Shown: one piece after another, positions 49,331-59,162 of the stretch
Layout of the letters: the number at the start of each line of letters is the position of its first letter
Position numbering within the stretch: the stretch's first letter is position 1
Position numbers and translations under genes: made by a program
Source: Treponema sp. UBA3813
Lineage (GTDB): Bacteria > Spirochaetota > Spirochaetia > Treponematales > Treponemataceae
NCBI RefSeq assembly: GCF_002368605.1
Contig: NZ_DFEB01000027.1
DNA length: 64,000 nt
Direction: 5' to 3' (one strand)
Notes under the pieces: model-generated
What the model was told of the DNA's origin: nothing
Databases searched by the model: none
The model's input: the letters and a program-made list of their open reading frames with translations, nothing else

Positions 49331-50734
49331 TTATTTAGCGGCCTTTTCGTTTGCCTTTTTCTCTTCTTCCGCTGCATTTCGCTTCATGTGCTCAATGACA
49401 GACTGAATATTGTTGACCATGAGAATCGGCTGACCAGTAGCGTCAAGGGCATCGCGCCAGAGAGCGCCTTCCGGATCGACCATGTTGCGCTTGCGGGTAA
49501 CCATCTCGGTCGGAATGATGACATATTTGTCGTGTACGAGACCGACGACACACTTTGTTTTGCCAGCCATTGCAGCATGAACAGCGTTGTTTCCAAGTCG
49601 CTCACAATAGATTGAGTCATTTGCCGTGGTGACAGCAGAGCGAACCTGATAGCTTGGGTCAACATATTTAAGATTGACATGAATATTCTTTTGAGCGAAA
49701 TATTCGTTGATTCGGTTACAAAGATAAACACCGATATCAGAAAGGCGCTTGTTTCCAGAAGCATCTTTTTCGTTGGTAGCCTGCATGTGCTCCTGACCAG
49801 CACCTTCCGCAACGATAACGACCGCATGACCGCGCTTTTCAAGGCGTTTCTCAAGGTGGGAGAGGAAGCCGTTGGGACCGTCCATATCAAAAGGAACTTC
49901 AGGAATAAGACAGAAGTTTGTCTCGTGGCTTGCCAATGCCGTAGAAGTTGCGATAAAGCCAGACTCGCGTCCCATGAGTTTTACGACACCAATGCCGTTT
50001 ACCTGTGATTCTGCTTCCATGTGGATTGCGTCAACTGCCTTTCGAGCCGTTTCTACAGCCGTCTCAAAACCGAATGAGCGGTCGATAAAAAGCAAGTCGT
50101 TGTCAACGGTTTTTGGAATACCAACGACAGCAACTTTAAGGCCCCGCCTTTCGATTTCGCGGGCAACATCAAGGGCTCCTCGCTGAGTTCCGTCACCACC
50201 AACGATAAAAAGCATGTTCAAACTGAGGGACTCAACGCAATCAACGATATCAGTAACGCGATTGCCACCGCCACGGCTTGTGCCCAAGAATGAACCACCG
50301 TTCTTGTGGATATCATCAACTACTTTTGGAGTGAGTTCGATTGTATCGTATCCAGAATCAGCAAAAAATCCCTTGAAACCATAACGGAATCCACGAATTC
50401 GTTTGACACCATAGCGATACCAAAGGCAGCGCACGACAGCGCGGATAACATCGTTTAAGCCAGGGCAAAGACCGCCACAAGTACAAATACCCGCATTTAC
50501 ATGAGCAGGATTAAAATAAATGAATTCACGAGGGCCTGCTTTCTGAAGCAGATTACCCTTTGTGCACTCATTTTCAGTCGAATTAACATCAAAAACATTT
50601 ACCTTATAGCGAACAAAAGATGTGTCCCGGACATAGTTTGCCCGGAATTCACCATGCTCTTTTGAAAGTTCAATAGGTGAAGGAACCTTACACTCACCAA
50701 GCTGTTCAATCGTAAAATCAAATTTCTCTTCCAT
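49331..50734 (-). CDS. pfkA: ATP-dependent 6-phosphofructokinase (long, clade-X type)
   Basis: [25 protein letters not shown] (ATP type), [18 protein letters not shown] and KYVDPSY. Confidence 0.93.
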   Translation of the reverse strand: MEEKFDFTIEQLGECKVPSPIELSKEHGEFRANYVRDTSFVRYKVNVFDVNSTENECTKGNLLQKAGPREFIYFNPAHVNAGICTCGGLCPGLNDVIRAVVRCLWYRYGVKRIRGFRYGFKGFFADSGYDTIELTPKVVDDIHKNGGSFLGTSRGGGNRVTDIVDCVESLSLNMLFIVGGDGTQRGALDVAREIERRGLKVAVVGIPKTVDNDLLFIDRSFGFETAVETARKAVDAIHMEAESQVNGIGVVKLMGRESGFIATSTALASHETNFCLIPEVPFDMDGPNGFLSHLEKRLEKRGHAVVIVAEGAGQEHMQATNEKDASGNKRLSDIGVYLCNRINEYFAQKNIHVNLKYVDPSYQVRSAVTTANDSIYCERLGNNAVHAAMAGKTKCVVGLVHDKYVIIPTEMVTRKRNMVDPEGALWRDALDATGQPILMVNNIQSVIEHMKRNAAEEEKKANEKAAK

Positions 50735-50812
50735 GATTGCTCCTCTTTTAAGATGTTATTTTAAACTGATTTAAATAATTTATCAATGAAAACATACATA
50801 TTTTCAAAAAAC

Positions 50813-50854
50813 TTGACAAATCCCTCTTGTCATAATAAACTAATGATAGTTAGT
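50813..50854 (+). promoter_or_regulatory. Sigma-70 promoter with an overlapping palindrome (probable TetR auto-operator)
   Basis: TTGACA-17-TAAACT (50813-50841); ACTAA-N6-TTAGT at 50839-50854. Confidence 0.65.
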
Positions 50855-50886
50855 CTTATAGAACAAAAAGTTCAATGGGTGGGAAA

Positions 50887-51546
50887 ATGGCTAAATCAGA
50901 TAAAGTTACTCGCGAGAAGATTATCCTCGCATTCCTGGATTCTTGCTTTGCAAAAAATGCGGGCGGAACTTCACTTTCAGATGTCGCTGACCGTCTTGGC
51001 ATCAAAAAAGCATCGCTTTACAATCACTACGAAAGCCGTGACGCAATGGTGGAAGACTGTATCCGTTGGTGCGGCGATTATTTCCGAAAAACATATTTCA
51101 TTCCAACCGACATCGATTCAATTTCTCAGCGATACCCTGCCGAAAATGTGATGAAGGCCATCGTAAACCGCTGGTTCAAGATGAACGAAAAAGAGCCGCT
51201 CATTCAGATTTATTCATTCATTGAGAGCGAAAAATACATTTCGACCGCCGCGGCAAAAATCTCTCAGGAAACACGAGAAAAACTGGTAAATCAGACAAAA
51301 CAGGCTCTCCGCAGCCTTGCCAACGCAAAAAAAATCATCGACCTTGAAGAAAATGACCTTGAAACCCTGTCAAAGATGTTCGCTTCCCTCACGGTATCAA
51401 GTCTGGACTCTTACATCGTCGCAAAAAAGATTGAAATCCGCTCAAATCCAGAAAGCGGCGAAGGCTCTCTCTTTGAAAGCAAGGGCGACCCGGACTACAG
51501 CGAAATCGACGAACTGGTCACCACTTTCTGCTCAATGTTGAAATAA
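50887..51546 (+). CDS. TetR/AcrR family regulator
   Basis: GTSLSDVADRLGIKKASLYNHY HTH. The start could instead be 50875. Confidence 0.9.
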   Translation: MAKSDKVTREKIILAFLDSCFAKNAGGTSLSDVADRLGIKKASLYNHYESRDAMVEDCIRWCGDYFRKTYFIPTDIDSISQRYPAENVMKAIVNRWFKMNEKEPLIQIYSFIESEKYISTAAAKISQETREKLVNQTKQALRSLANAKKIIDLEENDLETLSKMFASLTVSSLDSYIVAKKIEIRSNPESGEGSLFESKGDPDYSEIDELVTTFCSMLK

Positions 51547-51577
51547 TTTCTCATTGCTAATTTCTCATTGATAATTT
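51544..51577 (+). repeat. 14-bp tandem repeat TAATTTCTCATTG(C/A), about 2.4 copies
   Basis: Read directly between tetR and rsmI. Confidence 0.8.
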
Positions 51578-51585
51578 ATAATTAA

Positions 51586-52299
51586 ATGGTGTCTACCTTA
51601 TACATCGTTGGAACGCCGATTGGTAATCTCGGTGATATTACATTTAGGGCTGTAGAGACTTTCAAATCTGTTGATGTTGTTGCCGCGGAAGATACCCGGC
51701 ACACGCTCCAGCTTTTGAATCATCTCCAAATAAAAAAGCCCCTCGTTTCCTGCCGGTCTCAAAATGAAGAGCAGGCAAGCGAAAAAATCATCAAGATGCT
51801 GGACGAAGGTCAAACGGTGGCTTATGCAAGCGATGCGGGCACTCCGGGCATTTCCGATCCTGGAGCGATTCTTGCGGGCTTGGCTCGAAAGGCAGGGCAT
51901 ACAGTAGTTCCAATTCCTGGGGCAAGTGCATTTGCTTCCCTTGTGAGCGTTGCGGGCGCGGGCGGTAAAACTCTGGTCTTTGAAGGCTTTCTTTCCCCCA
52001 AACCAGGGCGGCGCCGAAGCAGGCTCAGGGAGCTCATGGAAATGGAAGCGGCAATAGTTCTGTACGAATCTCCGTTCAGAATTACTAAACTTTTAACGGA
52101 TATTGCCGATATTGATAGTGAACGGCGTGTGGTCGTCGGGCGAGAGCTCACGAAGCTGCACGAAGAGATAGTAGAGGGGACTGCTCAAGAAATACTTGAA
52201 AATTTTGCGTCAAGGAGCAAAATTCAGGGTGAATTTGCAGTATTTATCTCAAAATCTTCGAAAAATTCTAAAGATTTTTCAGAAGATGCCGATAATTAA
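51586..52299 (+). CDS. rsmI: 16S rRNA C1402 2'-O-methyltransferase
   Basis: LYIVGTPIGNLGDIT, AEDTR, SDAGTPGISDPG, YESPFR and RELTKLHEE. Confidence 0.96.
   Translation: MVSTLYIVGTPIGNLGDITFRAVETFKSVDVVAAEDTRHTLQLLNHLQIKKPLVSCRSQNEEQASEKIIKMLDEGQTVAYASDAGTPGISDPGAILAGLARKAGHTVVPIPGASAFASLVSVAGAGGKTLVFEGFLSPKPGRRRSRLRELMEMEAAIVLYESPFRITKLLTDIADIDSERRVVVGRELTKLHEEIVEGTAQEILENFASRSKIQGEFAVFISKSSKNSKDFSEDADN
52269..52295 (+). promoter_or_regulatory. Sigma-28 (FliA) promoter of flgM, embedded in the 3' end of rsmI
   Basis: Consensus TAAA-N15-GCCGATAA (52269-52272 and 52288-52295). Confidence 0.9.
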
Positions 52300-52320
52300 A
52301 GAGTAAAAGGCAGGTTAGCT

Positions 52321-52608
52321 ATGATGATTGGAAGAATTGACAATGTAAATCCTCTTAACAATGTTCAGAATACTCGTCGCACACAAGCTAAGGAAAATAC
52401 ATACTCTACAGCAGATCAGGTCAGCGTTTCTGATGAAGCAAAAGCAGCAGCAGAAGCTTACTACCTGAATCAAGTTGCGGCAGAAACTCCGGACATTCGT
52501 CAGGATCTCGTTGCCGCCATCAAAGAAAAGATTAAGGATCCAAACTACTTGAATCAGGCTGTTATTGCTTCAACAGCCGACAGAATTCTTGCAAGCTATG
52601 GGCTTTAA
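52321..52608 (+). CDS. flgM: Anti-sigma-28 factor
   Basis: DQVSVSDEAK, PDIRQDLVAAIKEKI and TADRIL; preceded by a sigma-28 promoter. Confidence 0.88.
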   Translation: MMIGRIDNVNPLNNVQNTRRTQAKENTYSTADQVSVSDEAKAAAEAYYLNQVAAETPDIRQDLVAAIKEKIKDPNYLNQAVIASTADRILASYGL

Positions 52609-52634
52609 TCAAAGGGCAACGGTGTCGCTTACAG

Positions 52635-52661
52635 AAAGACGGAATTTTTCCGTCTTTTTTT
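52635..52661 (+). terminator. Intrinsic terminator after flgM
   Basis: AAAGACGGAA-TTT-TTCCGTCTTT followed by further T residues. Confidence 0.85.
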
Positions 52662-52691
52662 ATTGCTAGTCATCAGTCAAAGGATTCAAAA

Positions 52692-53840
52692 ATGGCAGAT
52701 TTTTCATTCAAAGTTTCACCAAATATTCTTTTAGGTTCATACGCATCCAGCAGAATCGGGCAAGCAGTCGCCTCTTACGGCACGAAATTCATGTTGATTT
52801 TAGATCCGATTTTACGAGAAAACGGCACTTCTCAAAAAATCACAAACGCCCTAGACGACAAAAAAATCGACTATTTTATTTTTGATGAGCTTTCAAACAA
52901 TGGGGATTCTGAAATTCTGGGGCGTACCCTCAAACTAGCCCGTGAAGCACATGTACAAGGCGTAATTGCTGTAGGTGGAGGAAAGCCGATTAGCATTGCC
53001 CGCGCGACATGCGCCCTTTTCAACGAAACGCACGATTTATATGATTTTCTTGACGGGACAGCGCCCACGGCAAATCCTCTCCCCTTTATTTGTATCCCAA
53101 CCACAATCCGCGACGCATTCGTCTTTACGGATACAATTCCTTTAGTTGACGCACGAAGTTCAACGCTAAAACTTTTAAAAGCACAGTCTGGAATCGCAAA
53201 ACTTGTTCTTTTTGATCCGACTCTCATAGTGACTCTTACCGAAAACCAGACAGACTCAATGTCACTCGAAACGCTTTGCCTGGCAACAGAAGCCTATCTC
53301 TCACAACGAGAAAATTTCTTCAGCAACATGATTGCCGAAAAATCCGTTGAACTCTTGACTTATGCACTTGACGGAAGCCAATCACTCACGATTACTACCC
53401 CACGGGAAGAATTGCTCTCACAGGGAGGTTGTATGGCTTCTCTCGCGGCTGCAACTTCTTCAATCGGAATCGCATCCTTACTCTCAATGTGTATTAATGC
53501 ACGCTATAAAATTTCCCGCTCACTTATCACGACGATTTTGTTCCCCTATATGGTTGAAGAATGTGCAAAATTCAAAGCAGACCGTATCGCAAATCTCGCA
53601 AAAAAAATAGGAATCGCACAGGCAGAGCAATCAAGCGAAGAGGCGGCTCATGCTTTCGCCGAAAACATCCGCCAAAGAATCGCAAAGGCAAATCTTCCGG
53701 CCCGACTCAAAGATTTGTCTATTTCACTGGAACAGCTCGCTCTCGCCGCAGAGGACGCTGGCCAGCTGGATATAGTCAATTCTCTTCCCCGCAGCATGAA
53801 CAGCGATGATTTGTTCGGATTGATTAAAACAGCATTCTAG
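52692..53840 (+). CDS. Iron-containing alcohol dehydrogenase-fold protein lacking the metal ligands
   Basis: IAVGGGK, CIPTT, FDPTL and LPARLKDL, but the metal-binding His positions are substituted. Confidence 0.8.
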   Translation: MADFSFKVSPNILLGSYASSRIGQAVASYGTKFMLILDPILRENGTSQKITNALDDKKIDYFIFDELSNNGDSEILGRTLKLAREAHVQGVIAVGGGKPISIARATCALFNETHDLYDFLDGTAPTANPLPFICIPTTIRDAFVFTDTIPLVDARSSTLKLLKAQSGIAKLVLFDPTLIVTLTENQTDSMSLETLCLATEAYLSQRENFFSNMIAEKSVELLTYALDGSQSLTITTPREELLSQGGCMASLAAATSSIGIASLLSMCINARYKISRSLITTILFPYMVEECAKFKADRIANLAKKIGIAQAEQSSEEAAHAFAENIRQRIAKANLPARLKDLSISLEQLALAAEDAGQLDIVNSLPRSMNSDDLFGLIKTAF

Positions 53841-53841
53841 C

Positions 53842-53873
53842 AAATTGAAAATCGAAAACGGGAAACTGAAAGT
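53842..53873 (+). repeat. Heptamer array AAATTGA AAATCGA AAACGGG AAACTGA AAGT
   Basis: Same family as 7438-7472. Confidence 0.65.
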
Positions 53874-53878
53874 AAATT

Positions 53879-54709
53879 ATGATTGAGCCTCACAAACTGA
53901 ACCAACTGCAGCCGGGACAAAAACGAAGAAAACTCGCCCTTACATTCGGCGCACTGGAACGAGATGTTGACGGAATTCCCGAAAAGGGCAATGAGTACAA
54001 TTTTAAATCAATGCCCCGCGCTGACTATATTAAAAAACTCATTGAAATAGTCATTCAAGACCCGGAACTTCCACAAGCAAGCAAAAATCAGCTTGAGGAA
54101 GTGCTTCAATCTTCATCTTTTGACGAAAAACGCGCCTGTAATCTGGCACGGAATAATCTTCTCGCAATAATAGGAACATTCCCCGCCGAATGGGATTTAA
54201 TCATCGCCCCCCACGCATCCCCCCTGGACGAAAAAGGGCTTGTAAAGCAGCGGGATTTCTTTCATGGAGTCTATGTGTATGCTGAGGATATCCGCTCGCC
54301 TTTCAACTGCGGCTCTATTTTCCGCACAGCAGAGGCAATGGGAGCCGAAAAAGTCTTAATCTCCCCAATGTGTATAGATCCCAATCACCCCAAGGCACTT
54401 AGAAGCGGCATGGGCTGCATCGAAACTCTGGGATTTGAGAGAAAAAGCCTTGATGAGCTTGAAGAATTTGCAAAAGAGAATGATTTACCGATTTTTGTGC
54501 TGGAAACTGGCGGCAAGCCAATAGAAGAATTTAAATTTCCAAAAAAAGGGATTTGTATTATCGGGTCAGAAGAATTGGGCGTAAGCCCGCAGGCACTTTC
54601 AAAAGCCACTTACGGCCGGGTAACAATTCCCATGAAAGGACTTAAGGCTTCGCTGAATGTGGGCGTGGCTTACGGAATCTTGATGCAGGCCTGGGTTAAT
54701 CAACTTTAA
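53879..54709 (+). CDS. TrmH/SpoU family RNA methyltransferase with an N-terminal extension
   Basis: EDIRSPFNCGSIFRTAEAMG, IIGSEELGV and IPMKGLKASLNVGVA. Confidence 0.92.
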   Translation: MIEPHKLNQLQPGQKRRKLALTFGALERDVDGIPEKGNEYNFKSMPRADYIKKLIEIVIQDPELPQASKNQLEEVLQSSSFDEKRACNLARNNLLAIIGTFPAEWDLIIAPHASPLDEKGLVKQRDFFHGVYVYAEDIRSPFNCGSIFRTAEAMGAEKVLISPMCIDPNHPKALRSGMGCIETLGFERKSLDELEEFAKENDLPIFVLETGGKPIEEFKFPKKGICIIGSEELGVSPQALSKATYGRVTIPMKGLKASLNVGVAYGILMQAWVNQL

Positions 54710-56198
54710 ATGCAGACGAAAGTTTACCGGAAATCTTTTGAAGCTGAGTCTCGCTACCAATCCCGAACAATTTTAGGACATCCAAATCAAACTGATAGTA
54801 ATCGACTTCATGAGTCTCGTAATGAGAAATCATGTCTGCAAGATAAACAAGAGAAGTAAGCTTTTTACTTGCTGGCGGAGCCATATCTGGCTCGTGATGA
54901 TGACGAATAACCGTAATGATGATATCTGGGAAATTCCATTTTTCGGCGATAAGCGCTCCAACTTCACTATGATTCACGCCTGCAAGCAATTTTTCAAAAA
55001 TATCAGTGGAAATATTTCGCTGACGACAGATATCTTTTATGCTGTCGATAAAATCAGGATGTGCCGTTGCAAAAACCAATTTGCCCATGTCATGCAAAAG
55101 ACCACAGATGTAAGAATCGTCGATAATTTCTTTGTCAGAGGCACAGAAGTTTCGGGCAAGATTGTATGCGTAGAATGCGACACGATATGCGTGAACCCAC
55201 AGAGTTTTTTGAGACTTGCCGCCAATATTATCAAGTTGTTTTATAGAGCCGACAGAAAGCAGCATGTTTTTGATTCCGCGGATTCCAACAAGTTTTACTG
55301 CGTCGGCAATACTTCGGCAAGGGGAAGCGAGGGCAAATGTAACCGAATTTACCAAACGAAGCAAATCCGCCGTAAGTGAAACATCACTGGAAATCGCCAT
55401 GGCAATTTCACTCATCTTGGAATTTGAATCGTTGATAAGCCTATTGATTTTTGTGATACTCTCTGGGAACTGAGGAATTTCCTCGATAATTTTAACGAAT
55501 TCATGGGAAGCCGTATTAAGCGCCCGCTGTGTTTTTTCGTTGATAGGAAGAATGATTCTTGTAATCGTCTCGCCATTTTCACTGAGAATTTGGAAATTTT
55601 CTTCGGTGAGACCAATTTTTTCAAGCATAAGAATCATAATGATAATGCCTAAGCCTGCGCCTTCCGACAAATCAACAATCTGCGTCATTGCCTGATCAAC
55701 TGAAGTGTATTGCTGGGCCCGGCTCACTTTATCATGCATTCGCTTGTATTCGCGGAAAGTAAGCTCAGCGTTGTTGCGGACTTCGATTTTAATCTTGTTA
55801 TTGCGCATTTGAAGAATCAGTTTTACATAGAGCCCGCCAGATTTTTGAAGACCAAGATAATAGCGGATATTATTCAGTGTGTCTTCTTTAAAACTCTGCA
55901 TACCTTTTTCGTAGTCAGCATCGTTAAAAAGGTCAAGATTTTTTTCTTTGAAGTAAATTCTTTTTGTATTGGCTTTTTTTGCATTGGTCACAAGCTCATT
56001 GAGACAATACTTGAGATATGTCTCCATGTGTTCCTGCCCAAGCTCTGACAAAAATGCCGCGAGCACTTCTTCCATATATTCTGACATTTCACGAGGCAAA
56101 GTGTATGTTGTGATAGAAAGCGGAATTCCAGCCCGAATTGCCATTTTAATCTTAGAATTATCAAGATTGACTTTCTGAGTCTTCTGCGCTTGCTGCAT
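54696..56198 (-). CDS. HATPase-like plus HDOD domain signalling protein
   Basis: N-box LNELVTNAKKAN and G-box EGAGLG; HDOD motifs DVSLTADLLRLVNS, GLLHDMGK, HSEVG and HHEP. Start reset to ATG 56198 because the track start overlaps the divergent gene. Confidence 0.85.
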   Translation of the reverse strand: MQQAQKTQKVNLDNSKIKMAIRAGIPLSITTYTLPREMSEYMEEVLAAFLSELGQEHMETYLKYCLNELVTNAKKANTKRIYFKEKNLDLFNDADYEKGMQSFKEDTLNNIRYYLGLQKSGGLYVKLILQMRNNKIKIEVRNNAELTFREYKRMHDKVSRAQQYTSVDQAMTQIVDLSEGAGLGIIIMILMLEKIGLTEENFQILSENGETITRIILPINEKTQRALNTASHEFVKIIEEIPQFPESITKINRLINDSNSKMSEIAMAISSDVSLTADLLRLVNSVTFALASPCRSIADAVKLVGIRGIKNMLLSVGSIKQLDNIGGKSQKTLWVHAYRVAFYAYNLARNFCASDKEIIDDSYICGLLHDMGKLVFATAHPDFIDSIKDICRQRNISTDIFEKLLAGVNHSEVGALIAEKWNFPDIIITVIRHHHEPDMAPPASKKLTSLVYLADMISHYETHEVDYYQFDLDVLKLFGIGSETQLQKISGKLSSAFKVD

Positions 56199-56292
56199 AG
56201 GACAAATTATAACACAGTTAAGACTTTTTGGAAATACAATAACCTGTCTTTGGATGGTTGAGTAAAAATCAACATTCGGGCAAAATAAAGAT

Positions 56293-57393
56293 ATGTTCGA
56301 TTGCTTTCTTGCACAAATGCTTGTGCTTACATTTATTTTTTTCAGCAGCTCACGAGTTTTCTTTTTAAAACATTCCCGCGTTGACTGTTTTGCCGCTTTT
56401 TCACCAGCCGCACTCATAATTTCATTTTTTATTTTTTATTGTTTTGACTTTTCTATTTTGTCATTCGCTGTCTTTTTACTCGCGCTTATCTCATTCTTTA
56501 CAAACTTTCGGGCGACATTGCGTCTGTACGCAAAATTAATCGTTGACAGTTACAGCGTTGTCTTCAATATTTTCTCCATTATTATTCTCATACTCACAGT
56601 CTTGCTCGCAATAGGAATCATATATTTCCGTCCCGTTAAATATTCAGCATCTGATTTTGATATCAAAAAGACTCAATATACACTTACAGGAACAAGCGCA
56701 AACCTTAGGATCCGGGAAAGTTATTTTTCAGGTGCAAGCTTTTCCGGAAATCTCTTTAGCTACGAACCGATTATTAAAGATGACATAATTGCTGAATTCC
56801 ACAAGGAAAAACCAACGATTATTTTTACGCCTGGAATCCATGCAAATGTTCAGAATTATGAGCCTTACCTCATGCTTCTCGCTCAAAAAGGCTACCCTGT
56901 CCTTGCCGCTGATTTTTACACAAACGATCTTCAAATTCTTGCAAAACACTTCGACAACAAAGTTATTAAATCCTTGGTAGAATCAAAATTCATGAGAAAA
57001 TTTACCGCCATTCATATAGATAAAACTCAAAAAGAAGAATTCAGCAAAATTCATGATGATGAGCTGGCTGTTTCCACAAAAAAATATTCGGCTCTCACCA
57101 AACTTGCCCTGGAACTCTTCGGAGACGAAACAAAGGTCTTTTATGTCGTTGACGGCGTAGATTTCGATTCGATTTATGCGGTCATCGATGAATTCAACAC
57201 CGAGCCTTACTCAAACGCAAAAGGATTTTTCTCCATGAATCGCGTTGATGAGTACAAGACCAGCGGATACGGCTTTATCGAACAAACCGATGTCTTTTTG
57301 GCTCACACAAAAGGCATAGAGCGTGAGAATAAATTTTTCATTCCCCGCTATGTGGCAAACAAAACTATTAAAGCTATCGAAGAGCAAAAATAG
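56293..57393 (+). CDS. Membrane protein with a degenerate alpha/beta-hydrolase-like C-terminal domain
   Basis: Four N-terminal TM helices; PTIIFTPG...YEPYLMLLAQKGYPVLAADF. Confidence 0.7.
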   Translation: MFDCFLAQMLVLTFIFFSSSRVFFLKHSRVDCFAAFSPAALIISFFIFYCFDFSILSFAVFLLALISFFTNFRATLRLYAKLIVDSYSVVFNIFSIIILILTVLLAIGIIYFRPVKYSASDFDIKKTQYTLTGTSANLRIRESYFSGASFSGNLFSYEPIIKDDIIAEFHKEKPTIIFTPGIHANVQNYEPYLMLLAQKGYPVLAADFYTNDLQILAKHFDNKVIKSLVESKFMRKFTAIHIDKTQKEEFSKIHDDELAVSTKKYSALTKLALELFGDETKVFYVVDGVDFDSIYAVIDEFNTEPYSNAKGFFSMNRVDEYKTSGYGFIEQTDVFLAHTKGIERENKFFIPRYVANKTIKAIEEQK

Positions 57394-57403
57394 GAGCAAA
57401 AAA

Positions 57404-58171
57404 ATGACTCTTACAGAACTTAACCGCTATTTTAATTCTTTCCTCCACAAAGAAGACTACGACTCTGACATTTCCCTCAACGGAATTCAAATTTCAAACT
57501 CAGCTCCAGACGAAAAGCCAATCACAAAAGTCGCCTTTGCCGTTGATGCCTGTGAAGCAACAGCCCTTAAAGCGGCAGAAGCAGGCGCCCAGGTACTTTT
57601 CGTTCATCACGGTCTTTTCTGGGGGCATTGCCAGACGATTACGGGCACTCACTACAAGCGGGTCGCTTCTTTCATCAAAAACGACATTGCCCTCATCGCC
57701 TACCACATTCCTCTGGACGCAAATGAATTCGTAGGCAACAATTTCGGTCTCGCCAAGCGAATCGGTCTTGAAAAAGTGCGGCCTTTCGGAAAATGGCGGG
57801 GCATGACTTTAGGGGCAGTTGGTGAGCTTCCATCAGAATGTACAATCGAAGAACTTAGCAAGAAACTCTTTCCCAATGGCGAAAAAGCGGCTCATATCCT
57901 CCCCTTCGGCAAAAAATCCATTAAAAAAGTGGCGATAATTTCCGGCGGTGCGGGCGACGATTTTGATCAGGCCGTTAAAATCGGTGCGGATGCTTACATT
58001 ACCGGCGAAGTGGGCCACGAAGAATACCACGCCATTGAAGAATCTGGAATCAATGTAATCGCAGGCGGCCACTACAACACGGAGACAGTGGGCGTTCAGC
58101 TGGTACAAAAACGGCTGGAAGAGGACAAAGGACTTAAGACTGTTTTTATCGACATCCCCACTGGATTATGA
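57404..58171 (+). CDS. Nif3-like dinuclear metal protein (YbgI/DUF34)
   Basis: NGIQI, FAVDA, VHHGLFW, YHIPLD, YITGE, GHYNTE and DIPTGL; ATG 57404 follows AGGAG. Confidence 0.93.
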   Translation: MTLTELNRYFNSFLHKEDYDSDISLNGIQISNSAPDEKPITKVAFAVDACEATALKAAEAGAQVLFVHHGLFWGHCQTITGTHYKRVASFIKNDIALIAYHIPLDANEFVGNNFGLAKRIGLEKVRPFGKWRGMTLGAVGELPSECTIEELSKKLFPNGEKAAHILPFGKKSIKKVAIISGGAGDDFDQAVKIGADAYITGEVGHEEYHAIEESGINVIAGGHYNTETVGVQLVQKRLEEDKGLKTVFIDIPTGL

Positions 58172-58205
58172 TAAACTATTTATCTGTTTGAAAAGGTATA
58201 TAAAA

Positions 58206-58796
58206 ATGTCAGATACAATCGAAGTTTCTTTTAAACCAAAATATTTCACGGCAAAAAAACTTGTACCTCTTGTACTAACGCTCATTGTTATTTTGCTCGA
58301 TCAAATTACAAAAATTCTCGTCACTCAGAATATCCCTCTTTATGAAATCGGCTCTTCTTTTTTTGGAGGATTTTTCCGAATCGTTCATGTAAACAATCCG
58401 GGAATCGCTTTCAGTATCGGGCAGGGCTGGAGTTTACTCGCAAGAGGCATACTTTTTAGGGCAATTCCTCTTATTGTTCTTATCGTCGTAATTGGCGTCT
58501 ATATGCGCAATGATGAATTTTCACAACTACAGCGATGGAGCATTGCAGGCATTGCAGGCGGCGGATTCGGGAACTTAATCGACAGATTTTTCCGAGCAGA
58601 AGGTGTCATCGATTTTCTTGACTTTAAATGGTTCGGAATCGAAAAATTCGCTCATACAAAGTTAAAATTCCTAAGTTGGGAACGATGGCCTACTTTCAAT
58701 GTAGCTGACGCAGCTGTCGTTATTTGCGGAATATTCCTTGTAGTTTCGTTTTTAATCACAATGAAGAAAAATCAAAAAAAGGACGGTGAGGACTAA
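58206..58796 (+). CDS. lspA: Lipoprotein signal peptidase II
   Basis: DQITK, NPGIAFS, GGFGNLIDR, VIDFLD and WPTFNVAD. The start could instead be TTG 58188. Confidence 0.95.
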   Translation: MSDTIEVSFKPKYFTAKKLVPLVLTLIVILLDQITKILVTQNIPLYEIGSSFFGGFFRIVHVNNPGIAFSIGQGWSLLARGILFRAIPLIVLIVVIGVYMRNDEFSQLQRWSIAGIAGGGFGNLIDRFFRAEGVIDFLDFKWFGIEKFAHTKLKFLSWERWPTFNVADAAVVICGIFLVVSFLITMKKNQKKDGED

Positions 58797-59089
58797 TGAC
58801 AACAAAAGAGCGAACCTTTATTTTTAATCTCTGCGTAATTCTTTTTAATATTATCGTCGGCTTGTTTATCGAAGCAATTCTCCTGCTTGGTCTTTTATTC
58901 TTTTTAGCGGAAAATCCAAATCTTCAGGAAAGTGTCTTCACCCAAGTTGCTATTCCTATACTACTTTTAATCGGACTCATTGCCGCCATGTCAATCTCAG
59001 TGCATGCCGTCAGCTGGGCAATCAAAAAATTTCACCTGGAAGACAAACTAGACCCAAAAGTAGTTTCCCGCTATCAGAAGAAACTGTAG
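58796..59089 (+). CDS. Small two-TM membrane protein
   Basis: TAATG coupling to lspA and two hydrophobic helices. Confidence 0.75.
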   Translation: MTTKERTFIFNLCVILFNIIVGLFIEAILLLGLLFFLAENPNLQESVFTQVAIPILLLIGLIAAMSISVHAVSWAIKKFHLEDKLDPKVVSRYQKKL

Positions 59090-59162
59090 GTGAAATTTCT
59101 CACAGAGTTAAAGAGAACACAGAGAGTTTTCTTACTATGAAATAAAAAAAATGCCATAAATG

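Noticed and set aside
56199-56417. N-terminal extension of the HDOD ORF in the track
   Set aside because: It overlaps the divergent gene at 56293, and ATG 56198 has an extended -10 at 7 nt.
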